Shown here one piece after another: positions 18,901-28,342 of a stretch of 64,000 nucleotides of DNA. Under the pieces are notes generated by a model. That model saw nothing but the letters and a program-made list of their open reading frames with translations. It did no database searches and was not told where the DNA came from. Position 1 is the first letter of the stretch. Every line of letters starts with the position of its first letter. The stretch lies in the NCBI GenBank assembly GCA_965203805.1, contig OZ241917.1, positions 832,001 to 896,000 on the forward strand, in the 5' to 3' direction. The translations under genes were made by a program, and so were the position numbers. The DNA is from Candidatus Latescibacterota bacterium (GTDB lineage: Bacteria > Latescibacterota > UBA2968 > GCA-2709665).

Positions 18901-20632
18901 AGCCCGTGATTGGATCGAGCCATTGCTTAAGTGCGACATCAAGGGATTCGTAGGATTTAGAAGTAGGTTGATCAAGATGATTTAGCAGCGCAAGACCGAG
19001 TGCGTGCGCAATGACCGCTGGAGTAAGTTCAAGGTCACCCATGGCGTTACGAATTGCGAATTTGCCGTCGATTATCTCGCTCAAACGTGCATCGACCGCG
19101 CCTGGAGTTAGGTCAGGGCGACTTACTGTTTCTACCAGCGTACGCAAAGAATAGGTCTGGCTGCCCTCTCGATGTTGATTTGCGATATGCTTCAGCCAAT
19201 CGATCCACTCGTACTCACTAAAAGACCTACCGGCCCGTACGCCAAGGGTGTCACGACCGTATTCCCATAGCAATCGATGCAGGGTTATTTGTCCGGCCTC
19301 GACCAACTGGTCACTAAATTCCACAACAAGATCAAAAAGGCGAGGTGTTCGTGTCAGTTCAAGCACATCCTGATGCATGTCGTCGCGAGTTAAACCCTCG
19401 TATGCGAGCATCTGGTCAAGTTCGCCGCCAGGAGTCATATCGTAGCTCCCCACGGCTATCGGTGAGGAAGAGTCGATCAAGCCCTTAAGCATGGACAGTT
19501 TGTTTCTGTAGTGGTGCTCTCGCGTAGTCACGATCACGCGCGCGCGTCGGGAGAATGACACGCCCTGGAGGACCTTCAGCAGGTTTAACCACGAAACGGA
19601 AGGCTCCTGATTAATTCCATCGAAAAAAACAGTAAGAACGGGACCTTCGTCCAGTGGGCGCTTGAGAAGGCGGGCGAGCCGCCGTTCCCAGTGTCTCGAA
19701 TCTCGAACACCTGTCAACTCATAAAGTCGTCTGGCAAGTAGGCGAATCACGTTGGTTTCGGATACATCAGATACCATTGACACCGCCACTGACGACGGCA
19801 CGACCAATACTATAGGCTGGTCGCCGATGCGGTCTATTAGCCAGTGAAGCGTCGCCCAAGTCTTGCCAACACCTTCGCGTCCAAGGACGACCGCGGGAGC
19901 GTCATCGCTTGCGGATGCACGCCACCAACTGTCTAGGCCATCATGCACTGCCTTGCGCTTTACCTTTTTACTTTTTGAACCTCCTGCGGCGTTCTGTCCA
20001 AGAGCTGCATTCGATTCCTTAGGACAATTCCAGATCTTGGAGAGTTTGTTGTGGGAATCTTTTCGCAATGAATCGAACCCCAGACACCAGGATTCCAGAT
20101 CGCGTCTCAAACTCTCGATCACATTGCCTGATTCCTGCCGCACGGCGCGAGCAGCATCTCTTGCGGCAGTGGTTACGTACTCGCCCACCAATTCAGGAGA
20201 CGACGCACACAATGCAGCAATTGTCGGAATTCCTACTTCAGTCCAATCGATGATCAAAACGGGAACGCCATTTTTTCCGCCATGTTGATCGAGTGATTGA
20301 CGGATCTGTTCGTTTACAGTCCGAGTAGTGCACAAGACCCAAGCTTCCAAGGCCTCATCGCGTTCCAGCGCCTCGTCGATCTCGCCACGCAATTCACGTG
20401 GGGTCAAGCGCGTCGTTTCGCTGTATCTCTTGCATTCAAGGCGAAACCGCCTGCCCCGCTGTCCAGCAGGCCCGGCATCAGCCCCGTGTTGAAAGCCCGA
20501 ACTGGCGACTGCAATAGGCACATCGAGAAGGCGACTGATCAAAGCCGCTACAAGCTTCTCAAACCTGGACGAATCCTGTTCGTTCTGAAGCTCGTGCTTA
20601 AGGTGTCTCAAGGCTGCTGAAACCGCATACAT
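15989..20632 (-). CDS. Mrr-like PD-(D/E)xK nuclease plus STAND NTPase plus long helical C-terminus (Avs4-like defence protein)
   Basis: N-terminal FEKLVAAL...QHGADAG...LECKRY; Walker A GREGVGKT; Walker B VFFDGINQ; VIVTTR; 1547 aa. Confidence 0.7.
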   Translation of the reverse strand: MYAVSAALRHLKHELQNEQDSSRFEKLVAALISRLLDVPIAVASSGFQHGADAGPAGQRGRRFRLECKRYSETTRLTPRELRGEIDEALERDEALEAWVLCTTRTVNEQIRQSLDQHGGKNGVPVLIIDWTEVGIPTIAALCASSPELVGEYVTTAARDAARAVRQESGNVIESLRRDLESWCLGFDSLRKDSHNKLSKIWNCPKESNAALGQNAAGGSKSKKVKRKAVHDGLDSWWRASASDDAPAVVLGREGVGKTWATLHWLIDRIGDQPIVLVVPSSVAVSMVSDVSETNVIRLLARRLYELTGVRDSRHWERRLARLLKRPLDEGPVLTVFFDGINQEPSVSWLNLLKVLQGVSFSRRARVIVTTREHHYRNKLSMLKGLIDSSSPIAVGSYDMTPGGELDQMLAYEGLTRDDMHQDVLELTRTPRLFDLVVEFSDQLVEAGQITLHRLLWEYGRDTLGVRAGRSFSEYEWIDWLKHIANQHREGSQTYSLRTLVETVSRPDLTPGAVDARLSEIIDGKFAIRNAMGDLELTPAVIAHALGLALLNHLDQPTSKSYESLDVALKQWLDPITGFDQTAEILRAAVSIQVEIGDGALPKAGVLLTAWLQAQNVTDKHRQEIVALASSLPGALLDVVEYSDSEIQESARHWAVKALRVIPRTDDAALKVIVERTRRWMGTVYLDIDTRRKRSDEQRKWREDHLSKLIGTHSAGTISVVGVKLNLVDRHPGQIKSTVPLILEGFPLSKATGTLEAAVTALAAGDNSGCWEALRWLCLLNEVDPKETAIGLRDLSDNMRRRIPEPGIQLDLPKRVAALLLWLTGLESDDKAATHLNPSTGRSYDYVRDYAANPGRSFLPLERRHAHDVLKDCDLAVQSRVERIRDLWLDPNFRPSCNFVTELRDLARTINVEKLNRSRSRTKDDLNFDELVPALARCAPDLLAELDRRKLKFLKTCPLDSRHWSAVSAKSHFLLSGEAEAQAANTLRHKGRDIDDANELIAANRLLTIEIRNLTGREQVETLIQANLPDIMLDFSNVLRPLTSEEATALIRKYDSALGKQRRDLLKLLAIQPVLLDEYSWSWIRKFAVHEDDNYTKLAFIILNQADTNRFGRELLDGGWSWCFNKHIYVNHYGTDSLIEASSSVSFKELAPRVAPWRLLEAVRRRGADPAEIKVAAAIFGNALTDNALIDLDLGSDISVDLTRVDFLPFSYSVSPRRSENEVEAMQLAFDPDANLQAHRRAIDTAATRIDEARRNGVTLFQAIFDYLDFKPVIEFAPDYVDRWLDGYSEPTAEFENRVHRAEGAYLALCEALLILDPGRGVRLWRVLSETLRTRYVGAAGVDDLLHMAFRVPESPEVLELRVEVAELKFDQTDDRALFDLAIAAVFNDKLEWLNQVIEKDRVSPYAWRRARAMVLEGFRVNNSLPIAEAWPEGELETTNARVTCMSARSRWIEACARHWWNAYLDAADPSTAYAAWVLFLRATDRRSWTWIQKKIDAVSEKDDVYKQKMAHVRLNRDELKRACKEREKELDRNFLYRKIVEGIGPWA

Positions 20633-20930
20633 AATGCTGGACTCTCAATCGGCGCTCGGTTCACGCTGCTGGTTCTGCAGTACTCAACATTTCCGAGTGA
20701 CTCCCAACTGCATTCATCCAATACGGCATCGACTATTGATTTATCGCGATTGTATAGGTACTTGTGCTGCCGGGCACTGTATTTGACGCCGATGTACAGC
20801 CTCAAATGGACTCGTTCCGTAGACGACTTGTACCTTTGGTACCGGAGTGCCCTTCAGATTCTTAGCGACGACGTACCGCATCGCGAATGCACCATTCGAG
20901 CTTGCCCGCTTGCATCTTCACTGACCTGGC

Positions 20931-23900
20931 TCAGTCAGTATGCCTAAGTATCCCGCGGCTAAAGAGGTTTTCCTTGGCGCGTTCGGCGTTTTTTTGGACG
21001 GTATCGTCGCAATGTTCGAGACCGGCTTTCAGGATGGCTTTTGCATCGTCGGTATGAATGTAGAATCTACCACTCTTAGGCGCGGCATTGGTAAGCTTGG
21101 CGAAGCATTTGACCACCAAAGGAGTATGCATCGGGAGCAGTGCAGGCATTGACCGCGTCACCTCAAGAGGGAGCCATGTCCTTGGGTGTTCCGCGCGACC
21201 CTCCTCAAGTGAACCTGTTGCATCAAGGATTCCGTCAACGTCCAAAACCTTCGACAAAGCATTTAAACGCCATTCTGGATCAAGACACTCGGCTTTCAGC
21301 CACGCGGGGATTTCTCGGAGTTCCAAGGGTTCACGGGCATCTAATCGCCACTCGAAAAAGCCAATGATTCTGTCCGTCAGGCCTTTTTCAAGGTGCTTGC
21401 CAGTATTCTGTAACGAATGCCCGACATAGTTAAACAATGTCGCCCAATGCTTTCGTTCACCGTCGGTCTTCAGGTAATAGCGTTCCAGCAGGCTTGGGTC
21501 TCCCGTAAGCGGATATACGTCCCACAAATAGTAGGTAAACAGATGTTGACCTAGCTTTCGGGTCAACTCCCGTACGATTTCCTTTTGCTCTCCCTGGGAT
21601 CCCAGATGATCCAGTGCGAATTCGAAATCGCCGCGGAGTTCATCGAATATTTGCCTGTTAGGGCGTCCACGGCGGAGATAATTGCCAAATGCCTCTCGCC
21701 ACGCCGGAAGGTCATTCCGGGGAAACAACTGGGACTTTTGGGATACCGCCAATTCTTCATACAGATGGAACAAAGGCCCAAATCGCATTCCCAAGACTGC
21801 GTACTCAGGAAGCGTAAGTGGATAACTGACTTCCGTGTTGAATCGCTTTTCTAGAATCTCCCTCAATTCAGGGATCGAGGCTTTGTCGTCCTGCCTCCGC
21901 ATCCAGTATCCAAATTTCACCAGATTATCTAATGCTCTCCCACGGGTCGTATTGATCGCTTCGGTTAGCTGGTCGTCCCGGTTCAAGAGTACCGGCCTGT
22001 CTTGATCCAGGCGCCAATCGTATTGCGTGCAGAGCATTCCCAGGAGGTCGACCAGGTTTTCGCGAGCGGATAGCGGCACCTCCACATCCTCTTCGATACA
22101 GGTTTCGACAAAGTCACAGACCGCTCTCCGCGACGTATGCCAACGAGGCTGTTCGCGTGACCCATCTCCGAGGCGTCCGATCCCATCAAGTTCTTCGTTT
22201 TGCGGATCTGGATGGGTAAGCGCCCACTTGCAAAACACGAACCACTGTTCGAGCTTATCAAAGTTCCCGGCCTTTACATGATCCTTCATTGCATCAACAA
22301 TCGTGCGTACGTAAATGGGCCGGAGTATGTTATCTCGATTCTTAATCCAAAAACTCAGTCTGGCAGCGTTCGGAATAACGGAATCCTCAAAAACCTTTCG
22401 AAATGCTGCGGCCAACGCTTCAATACTAATCTCTGTGACGCCATTACTAGTGTCCCAATGTTCGTCTTCCCACTCGTTTATATAGGCAAGCAGGTTTTTA
22501 TCAGAAAGACTCACGAGATCTTCAGTTGATCTTGGGCTGCGGCGCTTAGTCCGTCCTCCTTTGGATCCTTTATGGGGCGCGTAGCTCGCGTCCGTGATTT
22601 TTTCTGCAGTCTTATCGGCTTCAAGTTGCCGGAAATAGCGCGCGTACTTCCCGAAGAGTACTAGTGCAAACGGCCTGAGTTGGCGACGATGGAAATTCCT
22701 TCTTTCATTTTCGAATGCAGAACTTGAGAACTGCTCACCCATCCATTCCCTGAATTCTTCCTCTGGAGGTCCACTGAGGATAGTATCGAAGATGTGAATT
22801 CTTTCGTCTCTTGTCAGTAATTCCTCTCCGAGATGCTCGAAGGCAATTCTTAACATCCGTTGAAACTCAAAGTGGTATTCCCATCGCCCGTAGTCGCCAT
22901 GTCGGAGGATCAACTCGCGAGTCCGCTCCATAGTTTGCTCGCTTGGGTATTTGGCGCAAAGATGCTGTCGGAGGCGGGTGAAGAGATACCAGCGCTGGTT
23001 GCGTAACGCTTCGTCAAGAGTTCCAACCGACTCTCTCGCTTGTTCATATACCATTTCACAGGCGTGGGTAAGCGCATGGACGAGCGACTTTCCATGCTCC
23101 GGATCACTGTTATCGGATTTGTCGAGTTGCGGACACCAAGTTCTAGTATAGTCATATGTTTCACTGCTCTCACTGTCGAGCTGATGTAACTCGTGGTGAA
23201 GCATGTTTTTTGTCGCGTCAACAAGCATACGCGCCACCTTGTAAGGTTCCTTTTCCGCCAACGGACGAATGCCTTCGGCCAAAATCTGATCGTAAATCTC
23301 GCTAAACCGAGGCATCGGCCTGAGAGTGGTCATCATTAGAGAAAACTGGTTTCTGGTTGAGTCATCATGATCGTCGTTGAGTTTTCGTCTTCTTCTTCGC
23401 TTTTCTTCGGCGTTTGGATCAGGGACAAATTGAACGAGGATTCTTGCAAGTTCTAATGCGGCTATCGTTTGGCCCTCGGACGTCCAATGTGCTAACAGTT
23501 CGGGAAACTGAAACGGAAGGTATGGGGTATCTAGTTTGGCAAACTCAAGCATCTTTGACTTGAGTTTCCCGGATCGCTCGCCGTCTAGTTTTAATGCGAT
23601 GTCTAAGATATTCGCATAGACGTTTGGATTGTCAACGGTCGGAATCTGCAACACCAGTTCAAGAACATCCTCCTGAGCCTGCGTGCATACCCTTTCGAGA
23701 TATCGAAGTTCCGGCCAGAAAGGAAATCGGACGTATCCATCTAACAGATTCTCTGTTTTGGGAGGATTCTTGAAGAAACCCTTCTCCTTCAAGAAAGGAA
23801 TCCAAACCGGATCCGCTACGTTTGTAAAGAAGAAGACGTAATTGGCGCCTCTTCGGGAAATCAGCTGATAAAGAGTTTCTGCGTCCGTATCGGAGTGGTC

Positions 23901-25028
23901 GGATTTATCCATGATAGACTGGATCTCCTGCTGGTCGTGTGCCGTGATTGGCGCAAGAAGATCATAGACTAACTGTTCGAGCGTCGCAACATACCTCCTG
24001 TACTTACCCTCATCTGTCGCTCTCAATGACCGATGATGCGTGAAATCTTCCAGCTGACTCCACAACTTGTGAAACTCATCTCGTTTCCGATTCTGGATTT
24101 CAATTCCCATCTGATTTGCCATTGGATCGATGTTTCTTATCGCTATCTGTATCTGTTCTCGTCGCGTCGGCTGCTGGTTCAATTCCAAATATCGATCGAT
24201 TTCATTGAGTGTTTCATCAAGCTTAACGTCGATTCTCTTGTCTTTCCACCCGTCTTTGTATCTATTCTTATCTTTGATGAATCGCTCATGTATCTTCTGC
24301 CTCAAAGTCTTGGGATTCTTGTAGCTCTGTACATCCCGTTCCCGCACGACACGAGGGAGTTTTTCCATAAGTTCTCGCAACGAATTCGCCGCCTGGGAGA
24401 TGCGATCGGGATTATAGGTGTTCTCGATGGCATAGAGCGCCCCCAGGTACCAATCACCCAAAGGGTATTTCTCCGTTTCAACCCGTCTGAGCGCATCCAA
24501 CACGTGCTGCTGAATGCCAGTGAGTGCCACGGTGCCGTGCTGTCCGAGAGCTACATTTACATCGCTTGCATTGGCGCCCACATCAGACCGAAGAATCGCC
24601 TGATCATCCAACCGCTTCCCTGCGTCGAGTATTTCGACACCCGCAATTTGCCCCTTTTCATCGTAGTCCAACGCGATTCCTTCTGCAACTAGGTCCGTCG
24701 TCACCGATGTTTGCTTTAGGCGGATGTATAAAGCATCCACCTCGCGATCGTAAGTGATCTTGGCCATCTTTTCCTCAAAAAAAAATGTATATACTGTTAC
24801 GACAACGACTTCATTCGGCTTGTCCACCAAAATCGGTCGGACTTTCTTAATCCTGTAAAACTTGCCATTCCAGTCGTCTTGGTACGGGTATTCCTTGAAA
24901 CATTCAAATCTATTCTGACGCACAGGTTTCCAGGCAGATGAGCGTATCGCCTCAACGACTTCCTGCTCCGTGGCGCCACGGCGGCGGATTTGTTCGCGTG
25001 CATGATTGGAGATACGAATTGATTTCAA
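20931..25028 (-). CDS. Fusion ORF: DUF4258 toxin-like + DUF2283 antitoxin-like + putative HEPN-like domain + ~1000-aa helical domain; probable internal start at 24767
   Basis: ISNHAREQ..RRG..VVTVYTFF then MAKITYDREVDALYIRL..GVEILDA; remainder collinear with the ORFs at 28311-28946 and 25343-28342. Confidence 0.75.
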   Translation of the reverse strand: MKSIRISNHAREQIRRRGATEQEVVEAIRSSAWKPVRQNRFECFKEYPYQDDWNGKFYRIKKVRPILVDKPNEVVVVTVYTFFFEEKMAKITYDREVDALYIRLKQTSVTTDLVAEGIALDYDEKGQIAGVEILDAGKRLDDQAILRSDVGANASDVNVALGQHGTVALTGIQQHVLDALRRVETEKYPLGDWYLGALYAIENTYNPDRISQAANSLRELMEKLPRVVRERDVQSYKNPKTLRQKIHERFIKDKNRYKDGWKDKRIDVKLDETLNEIDRYLELNQQPTRREQIQIAIRNIDPMANQMGIEIQNRKRDEFHKLWSQLEDFTHHRSLRATDEGKYRRYVATLEQLVYDLLAPITAHDQQEIQSIMDKSDHSDTDAETLYQLISRRGANYVFFFTNVADPVWIPFLKEKGFFKNPPKTENLLDGYVRFPFWPELRYLERVCTQAQEDVLELVLQIPTVDNPNVYANILDIALKLDGERSGKLKSKMLEFAKLDTPYLPFQFPELLAHWTSEGQTIAALELARILVQFVPDPNAEEKRRRRRKLNDDHDDSTRNQFSLMMTTLRPMPRFSEIYDQILAEGIRPLAEKEPYKVARMLVDATKNMLHHELHQLDSESSETYDYTRTWCPQLDKSDNSDPEHGKSLVHALTHACEMVYEQARESVGTLDEALRNQRWYLFTRLRQHLCAKYPSEQTMERTRELILRHGDYGRWEYHFEFQRMLRIAFEHLGEELLTRDERIHIFDTILSGPPEEEFREWMGEQFSSSAFENERRNFHRRQLRPFALVLFGKYARYFRQLEADKTAEKITDASYAPHKGSKGGRTKRRSPRSTEDLVSLSDKNLLAYINEWEDEHWDTSNGVTEISIEALAAAFRKVFEDSVIPNAARLSFWIKNRDNILRPIYVRTIVDAMKDHVKAGNFDKLEQWFVFCKWALTHPDPQNEELDGIGRLGDGSREQPRWHTSRRAVCDFVETCIEEDVEVPLSARENLVDLLGMLCTQYDWRLDQDRPVLLNRDDQLTEAINTTRGRALDNLVKFGYWMRRQDDKASIPELREILEKRFNTEVSYPLTLPEYAVLGMRFGPLFHLYEELAVSQKSQLFPRNDLPAWREAFGNYLRRGRPNRQIFDELRGDFEFALDHLGSQGEQKEIVRELTRKLGQHLFTYYLWDVYPLTGDPSLLERYYLKTDGERKHWATLFNYVGHSLQNTGKHLEKGLTDRIIGFFEWRLDAREPLELREIPAWLKAECLDPEWRLNALSKVLDVDGILDATGSLEEGRAEHPRTWLPLEVTRSMPALLPMHTPLVVKCFAKLTNAAPKSGRFYIHTDDAKAILKAGLEHCDDTVQKNAERAKENLFSRGILRHTD

Positions 25029-25342
25029 GTTTTCTCTACGGCTTCATTGGCACGATCATCGATGCACAACCCACTGCGAGTGTTGATTACGGATCTGACG
25101 ACGATCAGTATGAGTCTTTTGGTTCCATAAACAACCGAGGTTACTGTGCGGTCCTCTGTATCAGATCTAGCCCAGCGCAATTCTAGTCCAAGCCGACCGT
25201 TTTCAACAACATTAGCACAAATCAAGACAAATTTCTTGCCACTGTTCCAAGTGCGTTAGCGCCGTTTACCGTAACTCACTTCAGGCTGTTTTCTGTGAAT
25301 GTTTCGTTCTGGAACGCTAACTCGCATGCTCACAGAGACCGC

Positions 25343-28342
25343 TCAGTCCAAGATGCTGAAATATCCCCTACGCAACAGGTTCTCACGGGCTTGTCGAGCG
25401 TTTTCACGTACGCTTTCGTCGTCATGATCAAGACCGGCAGTCAGGATGGACCTTGCATCGTTGGTTGGAATGTAGATCACACTGCTCCCAGGTGCAACTT
25501 CTGTAAGTTTGGCGAAACACCTGACCACGTGTGGTGTGTAATCTGGAAGCATAGTTCGCAACGCTTGGGTTGTGTCATGTGGAAGCCAAATGGCAGCAGA
25601 ATCTCCGCTATTGTACATCGGAGTATCAGTCTCGTGCAGAATATCATCTACATGCAGAACCCTTAGATACGCACTCAATCGCCGTTCTGGATGCAGGCAG
25701 TCGGCTTCAAGCCAATTCGAAAACTCCCTCAGTTCCAATGGTTCACCCGTCTGCAGACGCCACTCAAGATAGTCATGTATCCTACACGCAATCATCGTAT
25801 CAAGCGGTTTCTTGGTGTTTTTTAACCTTCGGCCTACATAGCCGAACAGTGCAGCCCAATGCTGTCGGTTACTAACGGTCGCCTTGAAGAATCCGTCCAG
25901 CAGACTGCCGGCGCCTTCCAGCGGTAAAACTCCCCATATGTAGTATTTGAAAAGGTGCTGCCCAAGAATTTCCTTCAACCCATCTTCGAGTGGCTCTCGG
26001 AGTTCCAGGCGTCGCATATTGTCCAGGGCAAATTGATACTCATCGCGAACCCGGTCAAATATCTGTTTTTCAGGATGGCTGTATCGAAGGAAACCTGCAA
26101 ACGCTTGAAGCCACGCCGGAAAGTCGTGTTGAGGAAATACCAAAGACTTGCTAGCAGCCGCCCATCGGCTATCGAGATCGAAAATTGACTGGTAGAGCCT
26201 CCCCAGGATTGCGTATTCCGTAGGCTTCAGTGGACAATCAGATTCAGAATCGAACCTTTTATTCAGAATCGCTTTCATTTCAGTGATTTCCGCATTGTCA
26301 TCGCGTCTGCGCAACCAGAATCCCATTCTGACGAGGTTTTCCAGCGCACGACCTCTAGTCGTATCAATTGTTTCAATCAGCCGGTCATCGCCGTTCGGCG
26401 GTGTCTGTACTTTCTGTTCAAGTAACCAGTCATATTGCGTACAGAGCATGCCCAGGAGGCGCCCCAATTGTCCTCGATTGGAAATCGACACTTCCGAATC
26501 CCGCTCAAAACACGTTTCAATGAAGTCACAGACTGCACGACGCGCCGTATGCCACCTCGGCGTCTCACTAGATCTATCCCAAAGTTGCGCGGTTCCGTAT
26601 GGATGCTCGTCTTGAGGATCTGGATGCGAAATCACCCATTCGCAAAATGGTAACCACTTATCCAGCTTATCGTGATTCTTTCCCTTCACGATGTCCTGCA
26701 TTGCATTAATCATCGCCCGTACGTATATAGGCCGGTGTATGTTATGTCGACTCCCGATCCAAAAATTCAGTCTGGTATCGCTTGGGATGATGCAGTCCTT
26801 GAAGACACTCTGAAATGCTCCAGCCAGGGCTTCCATGGTAATCTCGATGAGCCAGTCGTCCTTATCCCGGTGTTCGTTGTTCCATCTGTTGATGTAGTCG
26901 AGCAGTTTGTGGTCGGTTAAGTTTGCAAGTTCTTGGGGTGATTTCGGACTGCGAGACCTGACAGTTCCCCCTTCGGATTCACTGACACGCGAGTAATTCT
27001 CATCAGTGATCTCATCTGCCGATCTGCTTGATTCAAGTTCTTCGAAATAGTCAGAGTATCTGCCAAATAGTAAGGGTTCGAACGGCCGGAGTTGCCGGTG
27101 ATGGAAATCTCTCTTCTGTTGTGCAAATTCCGATTCGGTAAAGTGCTCGCCCATCCATTCAAGGTAGAATTCCCTTGGAGGACCCTTAAGAATCGCATCG
27201 AAAATCTCGGTGCACTCCTCTTCTGTGAGCAAATCGGATCCGAAATGCTTACACGCCAACCGGACCATTTGTTGAAATTCGTAGCCGTATTGCAATTGGC
27301 TATAGTCGTCGTGCGCTAATATGAGCTCTCTAATAAAAGGACGGGTGTGTTGGCTTAGGTGTAACCCATACAGATGTTGTCTTATACGCTTGAATACATC
27401 CCACCTTTGACCCCTTAAGGCGATGTCAAGGTCTCCGATAAGATCGCTCGATCGTTTCCATACACTTTCGCAGGCGTAGGTCAGCGTATGCACGAGGGAC
27501 TCTCGCAAATCTGGACATTCCCGTCTCGGCTTGGTTAGGCGTGGGCACCATAATTCCAAATAATCCGTGCTCTTTCCACTGGCAAGATCGTCATTGTGCT
27601 TGCCGAGTCGTATCATGTTGTCTGTCGCATTGACTAAGATTAGAGCAACCTTGTACGGTTCCTTTTTCACGAGCGGACGAACTCCCTCGTTAAGGACGTC
27701 CAGGTAAATGGAGTTGAATGGCGGAACAGGCTCAAGTTTGGTCGTCATCATCAAGGTCAAATATTCCTCGTCCCTTGCAGACAGATGCTTGCTGATCTCG
27801 ATATATTTCCTCTTCTTTTCTTGAGCATTCGGGTCCGGCGCAAACTGAACTAGGACGTCTGCAAGTTCCAAGGCAGCATTTGTCTGTTCTTTTGACGTCC
27901 ACTGTGCAAGTATCCTTGCTAACTTGGATGGAACCAACCGGCGCTCAAGCTTTGCATACTCGAGGACTTTCGGTTTGAGTCTTGTAGAATTCGCACCGCT
28001 CAGTTGTAAGACCAGGTCAATCATCTCTTCGTAGACCCTAGGGTTATCTGTCGGCGGGATTTCCAACACAATCTGGATTACGGCGTCAACTATATCGCTT
28101 GGTGCATCTTTACAGATCTCCTTGAGGAATTCAAGCTCAGGCCAGAAAGGACATTGAAGATATCCGCCAGGCAGATGGCTTATTTCCGGTGGGCACGCAA
28201 AACACCCACGATCAGCTAACGGCTGAATCCACAGTGGATTTTTCAAACGTGAAAAGAAGTACTGTCGGTCAGTTTCCTTCTCAAACGACGACAATACCCT
28301 CTCTACTATTTCAGGTGTTGGTTTCTTCCAAGATCGCATCAA
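25343..28342 (-). CDS. Large uncharacterised helical protein, paralogue of the C-terminal ~1000 aa of the 20931-25028 ORF
   Basis: 999-aa ORF; shared blocks FWPEL, KEPYKVA, RQLRPF, RPIYVR, RRAVCDF, LLGMLCTQYDW, TTRGRAL. Confidence 0.8.
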   Translation of the reverse strand: MMRSWKKPTPEIVERVLSSFEKETDRQYFFSRLKNPLWIQPLADRGCFACPPEISHLPGGYLQCPFWPELEFLKEICKDAPSDIVDAVIQIVLEIPPTDNPRVYEEMIDLVLQLSGANSTRLKPKVLEYAKLERRLVPSKLARILAQWTSKEQTNAALELADVLVQFAPDPNAQEKKRKYIEISKHLSARDEEYLTLMMTTKLEPVPPFNSIYLDVLNEGVRPLVKKEPYKVALILVNATDNMIRLGKHNDDLASGKSTDYLELWCPRLTKPRRECPDLRESLVHTLTYACESVWKRSSDLIGDLDIALRGQRWDVFKRIRQHLYGLHLSQHTRPFIRELILAHDDYSQLQYGYEFQQMVRLACKHFGSDLLTEEECTEIFDAILKGPPREFYLEWMGEHFTESEFAQQKRDFHHRQLRPFEPLLFGRYSDYFEELESSRSADEITDENYSRVSESEGGTVRSRSPKSPQELANLTDHKLLDYINRWNNEHRDKDDWLIEITMEALAGAFQSVFKDCIIPSDTRLNFWIGSRHNIHRPIYVRAMINAMQDIVKGKNHDKLDKWLPFCEWVISHPDPQDEHPYGTAQLWDRSSETPRWHTARRAVCDFIETCFERDSEVSISNRGQLGRLLGMLCTQYDWLLEQKVQTPPNGDDRLIETIDTTRGRALENLVRMGFWLRRRDDNAEITEMKAILNKRFDSESDCPLKPTEYAILGRLYQSIFDLDSRWAAASKSLVFPQHDFPAWLQAFAGFLRYSHPEKQIFDRVRDEYQFALDNMRRLELREPLEDGLKEILGQHLFKYYIWGVLPLEGAGSLLDGFFKATVSNRQHWAALFGYVGRRLKNTKKPLDTMIACRIHDYLEWRLQTGEPLELREFSNWLEADCLHPERRLSAYLRVLHVDDILHETDTPMYNSGDSAAIWLPHDTTQALRTMLPDYTPHVVRCFAKLTEVAPGSSVIYIPTNDARSILTAGLDHDDESVRENARQARENLLRRGYFSILD

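Noticed and set aside
20608-20930. Short ORFs between the two giant genes
   Set aside because: No motif or similarity to neighbouring genes that I could recognise
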